From Candidatus Caldarchaeales archaeon (GTDB taxonomy: Archaea; Thermoproteota; Nitrososphaeria_A; Caldarchaeales; Wolframiiraptoraceae): a DNA stretch of 64,000 nucleotides. The notes below the pieces were generated by a model, which did not search any database, was not told the DNA's origin, and saw nothing but the letters and a program-made list of their open reading frames with translations. Below are positions 19,445 to 28,056 of the stretch, one piece after another. The DNA lies in the NCBI GenBank assembly GCA_039630055.1, contig JBCNVN010000001.1, positions 160,544 through 224,543 of the forward strand, given 5' to 3'. Position numbers and translations under genes: made by a program. How positions within the stretch are numbered: the stretch's first letter is position 1; the number at the start of each line of letters is the position of its first letter.

Positions 19445-20079
19445 TAATGGTCTGTTAGAGTATAATGGAATACTTCTAGCATCTTCTTAACGACTAGTTT
19501 TTTGACTTTATCCATATCGACTTTTGTTTTAAGTATCTTCTCCATCGATGTCATGACTTCAGGGTCTAAACCGCAAGGTCTGATCAGCTTAAAATAATCT
19601 AGGTCGGTGTTAACATTTAAAGCAAATCCATGAAAAGTTATCCACTTCTTCAAAGCTAAACCTATAGAAGCTATCTTCTTATCTTTCACCCATACCCCAG
19701 GATATCCCTCAACCCTCTCTGCATAAATATCAAAATCTTTTAAAGTTCTAATCAATACTTCTTCAATTTTTTGAACGAATTCTCTTATCGACATGTTCAT
19801 AGAATTAAGGTCGACGATTAGGTAGCCTACTAACTGTCCTGGTCCATGGTATGTAGCCTCTCCCCCCCTCTCAACCTTGTAAACTTGGATATTGTCCACC
19901 TTAAAGCTGAGATCTTTCATTCTCTTACCAAGAGTTATCACATGAGGATGTTCAAGAAGAAGTAATGTGTCCGGGATCTTATCTTGAGCTCTCTCATCTA
20001 CAAGATTGAGCTGCAGGTCATGCGCCCTTCCATACTCTATCAATCCTAGATCTTTTACCTGGAGTAATCTCAATATCAC
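19441..20079 (-). CDS. lipB: Octanoyltransferase LipB
   Basis: Motifs RGGEATYHGPGQLVGY, KKIASIG (active-site Lys region) and RPCG. The GTG start overlaps the ancestral lpdA stop. Confidence 0.85.
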   Translation of the reverse strand: MILRLLQVKDLGLIEYGRAHDLQLNLVDERAQDKIPDTLLLLEHPHVITLGKRMKDLSFKVDNIQVYKVERGGEATYHGPGQLVGYLIVDLNSMNMSIREFVQKIEEVLIRTLKDFDIYAERVEGYPGVWVKDKKIASIGLALKKWITFHGFALNVNTDLDYFKLIRPCGLDPEVMTSMEKILKTKVDMDKVKKLVVKKMLEVFHYTLTDHY

Positions 20080-21457
20080 TTCACCAGCATGTGGATAGGC
20101 TTGAAGATGGCTGCCTCGGCGACTTCAGAGAAAAGCTCGCTGAAGGTTGGATGTGGATGAATCACCTCGAGAGCTGTTCTACTGTCAGCCTTCTCTTAAC
20201 CGCTATCCTGAACGCTTCTCCGATTAGCTCGGTTGCTCTAGCTCCAACTATTGTGAAATCTCCAGTATCTTTCCATCTTCCTGGTCTGGATATTATCCTT
20301 ATAAAACCTTCCGTTTCTTCATCTGCAATAGCTCTACCAAGTGAAGAATAACTGAATCTACTAACTTACTTTGTAGTCTTCTTCTCAGCCTCGCTCCTAC
20401 TATAAATGGACAGAGGCTATCTCTGGATTCTGTAGATCGCTATAGGCACTATCGTGGGATTGAACCTGACCAGCATATTTTCCGCCGCGATAATCCCTTG
20501 TCTAGAAGCTTTATGAGCAAGAAATGGTGGACCGGTCACATCTCCAACCGCATAGACATTCTCTAGATTCGTCCTACAATATCGGTCTACTCTTATAAAC
20601 CCTCTCTCGTCTAGATCTATCCCGAGATCTTCAAGGCCGAGGCCACTGATCGATGGCTTCTTACCAACCGCTACCAGAACGTAGTCTGACACCTCTTCTA
20701 TCATCTCCTTTGGAGTCTCTATAATAGTCTTAACTTTGTCTCCTAATATCTGTGAAGATAAGACCTTAGATGAGAGATTTATTTTTACCCCGATCTCTTT
20801 AAGCCTTCTCTCAACCATCTTGGTGACATCCTTATCGAGACCTGGTAATAGCTGATCCATTATCTCTACGATGGTTACATTACTTCCAAGCTTGGCGAAC
20901 ATTGTCCCAAGCTCTAGACCTATCGCTCCTCCCCCGACGATTAGCAGTTTCTCCGGAATCTTCTCCAACTCTAATGCCTCCCTCGACGTTATTATCTTCT
21001 TACCATCATAAGGAACAGTATTGAGAGATATCTGGGATGCACCTGTAGATACTATAAGATATTCTCCAGAGATCTCTCTTACAGAACCATTCTTCTCTTC
21101 TAATCTTATCTTTAAACTAGGCTTGATAGTTGCTTTTCCAGAATATATCTTTACACCATATCCTTTCAATAAGAATTCTACACCCTCTCTGATCTTTTCG
21201 ACAAGCCTCTTCTTCTTCTCTTGTAGATAGCCCCAATCTATTCTACCATTCTTCAAGACTCCTACTCTTGAAAGCCTATAATACTGGTTAACATTCTCTA
21301 TAAGTATCTTGGATGGTATGCATCCATAGTTTAGACATTCTCCTCCGAGAAGCTCCTTCTCAATTATCGCTGTCTTGATACCCAACTGCGCAAGTCTAAT
21401 AGCTGCTACATATCCTCCTGGTCCACCGCCTATTACGACTGCACCATAATTCTCCAT
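20076..21457 (-). pseudogene. lpdA: Dihydrolipoamide dehydrogenase (LpdA), disrupted by three in-frame stops and one frameshift
   Basis: The N-terminus is intact (GGGPGGYVAA, redox disulfide GGECLNYGCIPSK). The frame is then broken by TAG at 20417-20419, TAA at 20366-20368 and TGA at 20162-20164. The C-terminal domain is still readable (FSYSSLGRAIADEETEGFIRII...GARATELIGE) and continues in another frame as VIHPHPTFSELFSEVAEAA, ending at TGA 20076-20078. Confidence 0.85.
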
Positions 21458-21471
21458 TCCACTACAGCCTC

Positions 21472-22356
21472 CTATGTCTCTCCTCCTCTACTTATTATCG
21501 CTCTCAGATAGAATTCTGAAGCGAGATAAGAACTTCTAGCTAGCGGCCCTGAAGCAACATATCTGAAACCAAGCTCCTCTCCTATCCTTCTAAGTTTCTC
21601 GAATCTTTCAGGGCTTACATATTCTTTTACTGGTATCTGTCTTCTACTTGGTCTTAGATACTGTCCTAGAGTAAGGAAGTCTACACCGATACTCCTCAAA
21701 TCTTTCATGGCCTCGACCACCTCTATCTCCTCCTCTCCCAACCCGAGCATTAGAGAAGACTTGGTAAATAGCTTTGGATTAATTTCTTTAACCAGTTCTA
21801 GTGTTTTTAATGATTTTTCGTATCCAGCTCTAGGATCCCGGACGATTGGGGTCAGCCTTCTCACAGTCTCAAGATTGTGGCCTAAGACATCAGGACCACT
21901 CTCAACGACCATTCTTATTGAACCATAATCATTATTGAAATCTGGTATAAGTACTTCAACCAATGCTCCCGTATTTTTCTTTATCTCTCTTATCGTCTCG
22001 GCATAGATTGAAGCACCACCATCTCTCAAGTCATCCCTAGTAACAGATGTTATAACGACGTATCTTAACCCAAGTTTTTTCACTGCTTCTACAACTCTCT
22101 TCGGCTCATCTAAGTCAACTCTCCCCTCTGGGTTTCCAGCCTTCACTGCACAGAATCTACATGATCTTGTACATATATCTCCTAATATCATTATTGTGGC
22201 CGTACCATGACCCCAGCACTCAGAGATATTTGGGCATAAGGCTTCTTCACAGACAGTTTTTAGATTGGATCTCTTTAAAATAGCATTTACTCTCATATAC
22301 TCTTGACCAGAAGGCAATCTAACCCTAATCCAGCTAGGCTTGCGGAGGCTCTCCAT
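21472..22356 (-). CDS. lipA: Lipoyl synthase LipA (radical SAM)
   Basis: Auxiliary cluster motif CEEALCPNISEC and radical-SAM motif CTRSCRFC. Size is 294 aa. Confidence 0.9.
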   Translation of the reverse strand: MESLRKPSWIRVRLPSGQEYMRVNAILKRSNLKTVCEEALCPNISECWGHGTATIMILGDICTRSCRFCAVKAGNPEGRVDLDEPKRVVEAVKKLGLRYVVITSVTRDDLRDGGASIYAETIREIKKNTGALVEVLIPDFNNDYGSIRMVVESGPDVLGHNLETVRRLTPIVRDPRAGYEKSLKTLELVKEINPKLFTKSSLMLGLGEEEIEVVEAMKDLRSIGVDFLTLGQYLRPSRRQIPVKEYVSPERFEKLRRIGEELGFRYVASGPLARSSYLASEFYLRAIISRGGET

Positions 22357-22393
22357 CTACATAGTCTTAAAAATTGGATGATAGTAAAAAACA

Positions 22394-22495
22394 TATTCTT
22401 AACTATTTTTTAATATGAATTTAAGAATCTCATTATCGATAACCGTCGATTTAACAGTCTTCTTTCTGAAAAATAGTTAAGAATAGAAATTACAT
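22394..22495. repeat. 11-bp perfect inverted repeat AGTTAAGAATA (22394-22404 inverted, 22485-22495 direct) with a third TTAAGAAT copy at 22421-22428
   Basis: Read directly in the 158-bp divergent lipA / OFOR-gamma intergenic region. A regulatory role is inferred only. Confidence 0.4.
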
Positions 22496-22514
22496 ATTTA
22501 GATTTGAGGAACTT

Positions 22515-23069
22515 TTGATTGAGATCAGGTGGCATGGAAGGGGCGGTCAAGGAATAGTAACAGTAAGCGACATATTAGCGAGATCAATAATATTGGAGGG
22601 AAAGTATGCACAGCATTTTCCTGAGTTTGGACCTGAAAGATCTGGAGCACCAGTAAAAGCATTTACAAGAATCTCCGATGAACCGATAGAGATCCATACT
22701 GGAATATATGCACCTGATATTGTGGTAATCGTGGATGAGGGTATGTCTAAAAACTTCCATCCATATATTGAAGGATTGAAGGAGAATGGATTATTATTCC
22801 TGAATCTTGGAGATGCATCTAAGCTACATAAACAAGATCTTCCAAACAGTATTCGAGCATACGTAGTCAATGCTAAAAAGATATCTCTTGAAGAGGCTGG
22901 TAGACCGATATTCAACATCCCAATGTTGGGTGGTTTAGTTAAACTATTAAGAATGCCTAGTTTAAGTATAATCGAAGAAGTCTTGAGTAAGAGATTCTCA
23001 AGCGATCTGTTAGAGGTAAACATAAGAATATTGAAGAGAGCTTATGATGAGGTGGAGATTATTGTCTGA
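22515..23069 (+). CDS. porG: 2-oxoacid:ferredoxin oxidoreductase gamma subunit (POR/VOR-type G-D-A-B gene order)
   Basis: Starts IEIRWHGRGGQGIVT, with a TTG start codon. Substrate (pyruvate versus 2-ketoisovalerate) cannot be read from the sequence. Confidence 0.8.
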   Translation: MIEIRWHGRGGQGIVTVSDILARSIILEGKYAQHFPEFGPERSGAPVKAFTRISDEPIEIHTGIYAPDIVVIVDEGMSKNFHPYIEGLKENGLLFLNLGDASKLHKQDLPNSIRAYVVNAKKISLEEAGRPIFNIPMLGGLVKLLRMPSLSIIEEVLSKRFSSDLLEVNIRILKRAYDEVEIIV

Positions 23070-23364
23070 GATAGATGTTAAAAAGATTATTAGAGGACAG
23101 TTTTCTTGGAGGACCCTCCCACCAGCCGCAATGGTTTTAGTACCCACATCACTTGAGTATAAGACGTATACTTGGAGGATAGAGAGACCTGAAATAGATC
23201 AATCAAAATGTACGAGATGTTTACTGTGCTGGGTCTATTGTCCAGACATGTCTATAAGAAGACTTAATGATGGGAGGGTAGAGATTTACTATGAATTCTG
23301 TAAAGGATGTGGTATATGCGCTGAGGTATGTCCATCGAAAGCTATAAAGATGGTGGAGGAGTGA
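23044..23364 (+). CDS. porD: 2-oxoacid:ferredoxin oxidoreductase delta subunit (2x[4Fe-4S])
   Basis: Cys motifs CTRCLLCWVYCP and CKGCGICAEVCP. Confidence 0.8.
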   Translation: MMRWRLLSEIDVKKIIRGQFSWRTLPPAAMVLVPTSLEYKTYTWRIERPEIDQSKCTRCLLCWVYCPDMSIRRLNDGRVEIYYEFCKGCGICAEVCPSKAIKMVEE

Positions 23365-23367
23365 GCC

Positions 23368-24561
23368 ATGAGCAAAGTCGAGTATGCTAAAAGAGTGGCT
23401 CTGATGGGGGATGAGGCTGTAGCATATGCAGTTAAACAAGCAGATGTAGATGTTATAGCGGCTTACCCTATAACCCCCCAGACATTAATCGTAGAGAGGC
23501 TTAGCAAGTATGTTGCAGACGGAGAGTTAAATGCTGCCTTCATCCAAGCTGAGAGCGAGCACTCAGCTCTCTCTATCTGTGTAGGTGCTGCACTTGCCGG
23601 GGCTAGAACGTTCACGTCTACAGCAAGTCAGGGTCTCGCATTAATGCATGAGATACTCTTTATCGCCTCCTCTATGAGAGCGCCTATAGTTATGGCCATA
23701 GCCAACAGGGCACTTAACTCTCCACTAAATATTCACTGCGACCACTCAGATATTATGGATGCGAGAGATACTGGATGGGTACATCTGTTTGCAAACAATG
23801 TCCAGCAAGTATATGACCTTACCCTCATAGCCTTCAAGATGAGTGAAGATCAAAACTTGTTGCTTCCTGTATCAGTGAATCTAGACGGATTCATACTAAC
23901 TCATAGTATCGAGCCTCTCGAAGTCTTACCAGATGAAGAAGTTTGTCAGTTCATCCCCCATAGACCTTATCGATACGAGATAGATTTCGAGAAGCCTTTA
24001 GCATATGGGGTTATGGCCTTACCAGATACTTATATGGAGTTTAGGAAGCAGCTCTATGAAGCAATACTAGGAGCTCCAGAAGTATTAGATAGGGTAACTA
24101 GAGAATACTACAAGATCTCTGGGAGAAAATATAATCCTATAGTTTCATACTATACTGAGGATGCAGATGCTGTAGTAGTAGCATTGGGATCAACTGTAGA
24201 CACTCTGAAATATGTGGCTAGAAAGCTTAGAGAGAAGGGTCTCAAGGTTGGTGTACTTGGAATAACTATGTATAGGCCCTTCCCGGAGAGAGAAATCTTG
24301 GAAGCCTTAGAGAATGTAAAATGTTTAGCCATCATGGATAGAGCATATTCTTATGGAGGTGTTGGAGGACCACTATATACAGATATCCTCTCAATGCTTT
24401 ACAAGCATGGGGTTAGAAAGATAGTTGCAGACTTTGTCTATGGACTTGGAGGAAGAGACTTCAAGATTACAGATTCAGAAGAGCTATTTAGAAAGATGAT
24501 GGTAGCGATCGAGCATAATGGATATGATAGAGATATCTACTGGTGGGGGGTGAAAGAATAG
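23368..24561 (+). CDS. porA: 2-oxoacid:ferredoxin oxidoreductase alpha subunit
   Basis: 397 aa. GDEAVAYAVKQADVDVIAAYPITPQT is a typical alpha-subunit N-terminus. Confidence 0.85.
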   Translation: MSKVEYAKRVALMGDEAVAYAVKQADVDVIAAYPITPQTLIVERLSKYVADGELNAAFIQAESEHSALSICVGAALAGARTFTSTASQGLALMHEILFIASSMRAPIVMAIANRALNSPLNIHCDHSDIMDARDTGWVHLFANNVQQVYDLTLIAFKMSEDQNLLLPVSVNLDGFILTHSIEPLEVLPDEEVCQFIPHRPYRYEIDFEKPLAYGVMALPDTYMEFRKQLYEAILGAPEVLDRVTREYYKISGRKYNPIVSYYTEDADAVVVALGSTVDTLKYVARKLREKGLKVGVLGITMYRPFPEREILEALENVKCLAIMDRAYSYGGVGGPLYTDILSMLYKHGVRKIVADFVYGLGGRDFKITDSEELFRKMMVAIEHNGYDRDIYWWGVKE

Positions 24562-24562
24562 T

Positions 24563-25510
24563 ATGACCACAATCGAGAAACATTTCAAGACGATAAGAGA
24601 CCTGCCCGTAGAGGATTATTTCGCTCCTGGTCATAGACTATGTGCAGGATGCGGAGCCTCTCTTGCAGTGAAGCTTGCAATGAAGGCTATAAGAATGCCT
24701 ACAGTTGTAGTTAATGCAACTGGATGCGTAGAGGTTTCTACATCGATGTTTCCATATGTTAGTTGGAGGGTTCCATGGGTTCACATAGCATTCGAGAATA
24801 CTGCAGCGGTTGCAAGCGGAATATCGGAGGGATTAAAGATTCTAAACAAGAAAAGGGGTAAGATGATGCATGACGTCATCGCGATAAGTGGAGATGGTGG
24901 AACATTCGACATCGGCTTACAGGCTCTCTCAGGAGCTTTGGAAAGAGGTCATAAGATGCTCTACATATGCTATGATAACGAAGCCTACATGAATACAGGC
25001 GTCCAGAGGTCTGGGGCAACCCCTATAGGTGCGGCTACTACGACCAGCCCTATCGGACAATTGATCCCCGGTAAACAAGAGAGGAAGAAAGACTTGATAG
25101 GAATAGTTGCGGCTCATAGAATACCTTATGCGGCCACAGCCTCTATCTCTCATCCTCTAGACTTTGTAAACAAGGTTAGGAAAGCTCTAGAGATTGAGGG
25201 GCCGACGTTTATCCATGTTATAACACCGTGCGCCCTAGGTTGGAGGCATCCACCATCGCAGACGATCAAGATCGCTAGACTAGCTGTTGAGACTAGATAT
25301 TTCCCAGTATACGAGGTTGAGGAGGGTAGGGTTAAGATAAACATTAGAGTATCGAGACCTAGACCTCTTGAAGAGTTCTTGGAAGCACAGGGAAGATTCA
25401 AGCATCTCTTCGAACCTCAGAATAGGCATATTCTAGAAAATCTTAAAACTCAGATTGAAGAAAATTGGAATAGGCTTTTAAGGCTAGAAGAGCTAGGTAT
25501 ACGTATCTGA
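24563..25510 (+). CDS. porB: 2-oxoacid:ferredoxin oxidoreductase beta subunit (TPP / Fe-S)
   Basis: Motifs GHRLCAGCGASLA and ISGDGGTFDIGLQALSGA (TPP-binding GDG). Confidence 0.85.
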   Translation: MTTIEKHFKTIRDLPVEDYFAPGHRLCAGCGASLAVKLAMKAIRMPTVVVNATGCVEVSTSMFPYVSWRVPWVHIAFENTAAVASGISEGLKILNKKRGKMMHDVIAISGDGGTFDIGLQALSGALERGHKMLYICYDNEAYMNTGVQRSGATPIGAATTTSPIGQLIPGKQERKKDLIGIVAAHRIPYAATASISHPLDFVNKVRKALEIEGPTFIHVITPCALGWRHPPSQTIKIARLAVETRYFPVYEVEEGRVKINIRVSRPRPLEEFLEAQGRFKHLFEPQNRHILENLKTQIEENWNRLLRLEELGIRI

Positions 25511-25556
25511 TAGTTTTACCTTTTATCTCCACACTATTTTTTATAGATTTAGATTT

Positions 25557-26537
25557 TTATAGAATGTTGATCCCTGTGATAGCTTGAATCTTAGAGATTA
25601 TCGAACTAGTCAGTTTATCATCTAATCTTGTCCTAATATCATATAGAGATACAAGCATCTCATTTACCCTTCTAACCACCCTCTGAGGATATGGTATAGA
25701 CCTGAACTCTATATACAGTCTCTCCAAATCTTTATATGTTAAGGTTTTACCATAGAGAGCTCTGAGGATCGCTGACAGCTGGTTTAAAGTAGCCCTATAG
25801 CAATTTATATGTGAAGAATGATTGTATAGACAGTTACCACAGTTTGATGCTAAAAGCTCTCTCATAGGACCTCTATTAGTGATCCTTACATGTTTTGCAA
25901 CCTTGACATAGTTATCTTTCTTCAACCTAGACAAAGCTTTGTAGAGTGTACTGACGCTAATCCCTCCTTTAAGCACTCTCCTGAAAAGTTCATCTACAGT
26001 CGATTCTCCATATATACAGAGATAATCTATAATCTTCTGATAGAGTGTTGGTGGAGCTTTAGATAGATATTCTTCTAACTTCTTCTGTAGTAGGTTTAAC
26101 ATCATACTGTACTCTGGGACTGAGTCAAATCCTAGCCTTCTAAAACATGTCTCAACTTGAAGATTAAAATCGTTCATCATAGTAGATGATAAAGAATCAT
26201 AGTCTGTAGACTTCATATAAGAGTTAAGGAGAGACCATAAGTAGTATACGCATTCATCTTTCCATCCACTCCTAACAATCCACGAAAACTTATTTAATGC
26301 ATCTAGTGTAGATAGTTTATCTACAAAGTATATCTCCCTGGTAGCTTTCTTGAAGAAATTCTTGGATGATAGCCTCTCTAAGGCCTCTATACCCCTATTA
26401 TTCATAGCCACCAAGACAGCATCTTGATCGTTTGATCTCTCAACGAGAACAATAAGTGGAGACCTGATATAGTTCTCTTCACTAAATTCGTATGGTTTGA
26501 ATTCTGCTAAGAGGGATAGTAGTTCGACCTCTTTCAC
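25557..26537 (-). CDS. Uncharacterised protein with a winged-helix-like segment and a Cys/His cluster
   Basis: 326 aa. The candidate wHTH is TVDELFRRVLKGGISVSTLYKALSRLKKDNYV, followed by CGNCLYNHSSHINC. The gene lies antisense between the two OFOR operons. Confidence 0.5.
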   Translation of the reverse strand: MKEVELLSLLAEFKPYEFSEENYIRSPLIVLVERSNDQDAVLVAMNNRGIEALERLSSKNFFKKATREIYFVDKLSTLDALNKFSWIVRSGWKDECVYYLWSLLNSYMKSTDYDSLSSTMMNDFNLQVETCFRRLGFDSVPEYSMMLNLLQKKLEEYLSKAPPTLYQKIIDYLCIYGESTVDELFRRVLKGGISVSTLYKALSRLKKDNYVKVAKHVRITNRGPMRELLASNCGNCLYNHSSHINCYRATLNQLSAILRALYGKTLTYKDLERLYIEFRSIPYPQRVVRRVNEMLVSLYDIRTRLDDKLTSSIISKIQAITGINIL

Positions 26538-26626
26538 ATAGAAAATATTGGAAAAAAGCGAATATTAGCTTTTCTTTAAATAAGCCCGAACGATACAATC
26601 TATGTAAAAAGTCTGGGTGATAGCCA

Positions 26627-26911
26627 GTGTCATTAAAGATTATTAGAGAACCGATAAATAAGAATATACAAAAAATACCCCTCGGGATCATAAATATCAT
26701 ACCTGAAAGATGTAAAGAATGCGGTTTCTGTGTAGAGCTCTGCCCTAGGGATGTCCTAAAGGTTGGTGAAGAACGAAATATGAAAGGTTATAGGTGGCCA
26801 AAGATAGCGGATGGAAAAGCCTATGATTGTATCGCTTGTAGAATGTGTGAATGGATATGTCCAGAATTCGCTATATTTGTCAAAGAAGTCGATAGGAGGG
26901 AGTTCAGCTGA
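26627..26911 (+). CDS. korD: 2-oxoacid:ferredoxin oxidoreductase delta/ferredoxin subunit (KOR-type D-A-B-G order)
   Basis: Cys motifs CKECGFCVELCP and CIACRMCEWICP. GTG start. The symbol is assigned from gene order only. Confidence 0.7.
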   Translation: MSLKIIREPINKNIQKIPLGIINIIPERCKECGFCVELCPRDVLKVGEERNMKGYRWPKIADGKAYDCIACRMCEWICPEFAIFVKEVDRREFS

Positions 26912-28056
26912 TGTCCAGCGAGCTTAAGCTCTTAAAGCCGGGGATACACTTTATGATGGGTAATATAGCTTGTGCAGAGGCTGCGTTGATAGCTGGATGC
27001 GGATTTTATGCAGGATATCCAATAACACCCTCCAATGAAATAGCTGAGCATATGAGTAGAAGGATGCCTGAATTGGGAAGACATTTTATACAGATGGAGG
27101 ATGAGATAGCAAGTATAGTAGCAGTTCTCGGCGCTTCTGCAGGAGGGGTGAAGAGTATGACCGCTACATCCGGTCCAGGCTTCTCATTAATGATGGAGAC
27201 GATTGGTTTATCAGCTATGCTCGAGCTCCCATGTGTAATAGTAGATGTTCAGAGAGCGGGGCCGAGCACAGGGATCCCCACCTTTGTAGGTCAAGGAGAT
27301 GTCATGCAGGCTAGATGGGGATCTCATGGAGATTATGAGCTAGTAGTCTTCTCACCATCATCCGTTCAAGAATTCTTCGATCTAACTATTGAAGCATTTA
27401 ATGTATCGGAATGGCTGCGGATACCAGTGATCGTTCTGTCAGATGAGGTCGTAGGTCACATGTACGGTAAACTTGAAGTCCAGCCATACGAAAAGATCAC
27501 AATAATCAATAGAAAGAAGTATGATGGAGCTAAAGAAGATTATCTTCCATACGATTATGAGACACTAGTCCCATACTTTGTAGCTGCTGGGGATGGATAT
27601 AGAATACATATGACTGGCTTGACACATGATGAGAGAGGATATCCATCTCTAGAGATAGAAGACTCTAATAAACTTATAGAGAGACTGGTTATGAAGGTGA
27701 GGAAGAATGCAAGAAACCTATGGAAATACGAGAGCTACTTCATAGATGATGCGGATGTAATCGTTATAACCTTTGGCATAACAGCTAGATCGGCGACAGA
27801 AGCAGTTAAGAGAGCGAGAAGTGAGGGTTTGAAAGTTGGTCTACTCAAACTATTGACGCTGTGGCCTTTCCCAGAAGAACCTGTTAAGACCGCTACCCAG
27901 TATGCGAGGAGAGTTCTCGTAGCCGAGATAAATATGGGTCAGCTAATCCATCCGGTTAAAGAGGTTGCAGAATGTCCAGTAGCAGGAATAAATTATCCAA
28001 TAGGTTACGTTCCACCACCAGAATATATTCTAGACGGTATTAGGGCGGCGGTGTGA
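26911..28056 (+). CDS. korA: 2-oxoacid:ferredoxin oxidoreductase alpha subunit
   Basis: 381 aa with GNIACAEAALIAGCGFYAGYPITPSNE. It overlaps korD by 1 nt. Confidence 0.8.
   Translation: MSSELKLLKPGIHFMMGNIACAEAALIAGCGFYAGYPITPSNEIAEHMSRRMPELGRHFIQMEDEIASIVAVLGASAGGVKSMTATSGPGFSLMMETIGLSAMLELPCVIVDVQRAGPSTGIPTFVGQGDVMQARWGSHGDYELVVFSPSSVQEFFDLTIEAFNVSEWLRIPVIVLSDEVVGHMYGKLEVQPYEKITIINRKKYDGAKEDYLPYDYETLVPYFVAAGDGYRIHMTGLTHDERGYPSLEIEDSNKLIERLVMKVRKNARNLWKYESYFIDDADVIVITFGITARSATEAVKRARSEGLKVGLLKLLTLWPFPEEPVKTATQYARRVLVAEINMGQLIHPVKEVAECPVAGINYPIGYVPPPEYILDGIRAAV

Noticed and set aside
20091-20351. 86-aa plus-strand ORF in the apparent gap between lipB and the lpd ORF.
   Set aside because: It lies antisense to clearly recognisable LpdA C-terminal-domain remnants (GFIRII, HPHPTFSE) on the minus strand. 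It is a shadow ORF of the pseudogene.
20417-20419. In-frame TAG in lpdA considered as possible pyrrolysine or read-through recoding.
   Set aside because: The same gene also carries an in-frame TAA, an in-frame TGA and a frameshift. No pyl genes are evident, so decay is the simpler explanation.
22547-23023. 158-aa minus-strand ORF.
   Set aside because: It lies entirely antisense within the OFOR gamma gene, which has strong family motifs. Similar shadow ORFs were ignored at 169-402, 2134-2361, 15239-16232, 29230-29667, 30490-31006, 33168-33548, 35427-35811, 36558-36988, 38702-39038, 39719-40141, 43417-43722, 44521-44922, 47855-48166, 50607-50906, 53147-53428, 55578-55865 and 58205-58630.
26482-26700. 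72-aa minus-strand ORF spanning the korD upstream region.
   Set aside because: It overlaps both the 5-prime end of the 326-aa gene and the korD start. It has no motif, and the position is better explained as a promoter region.
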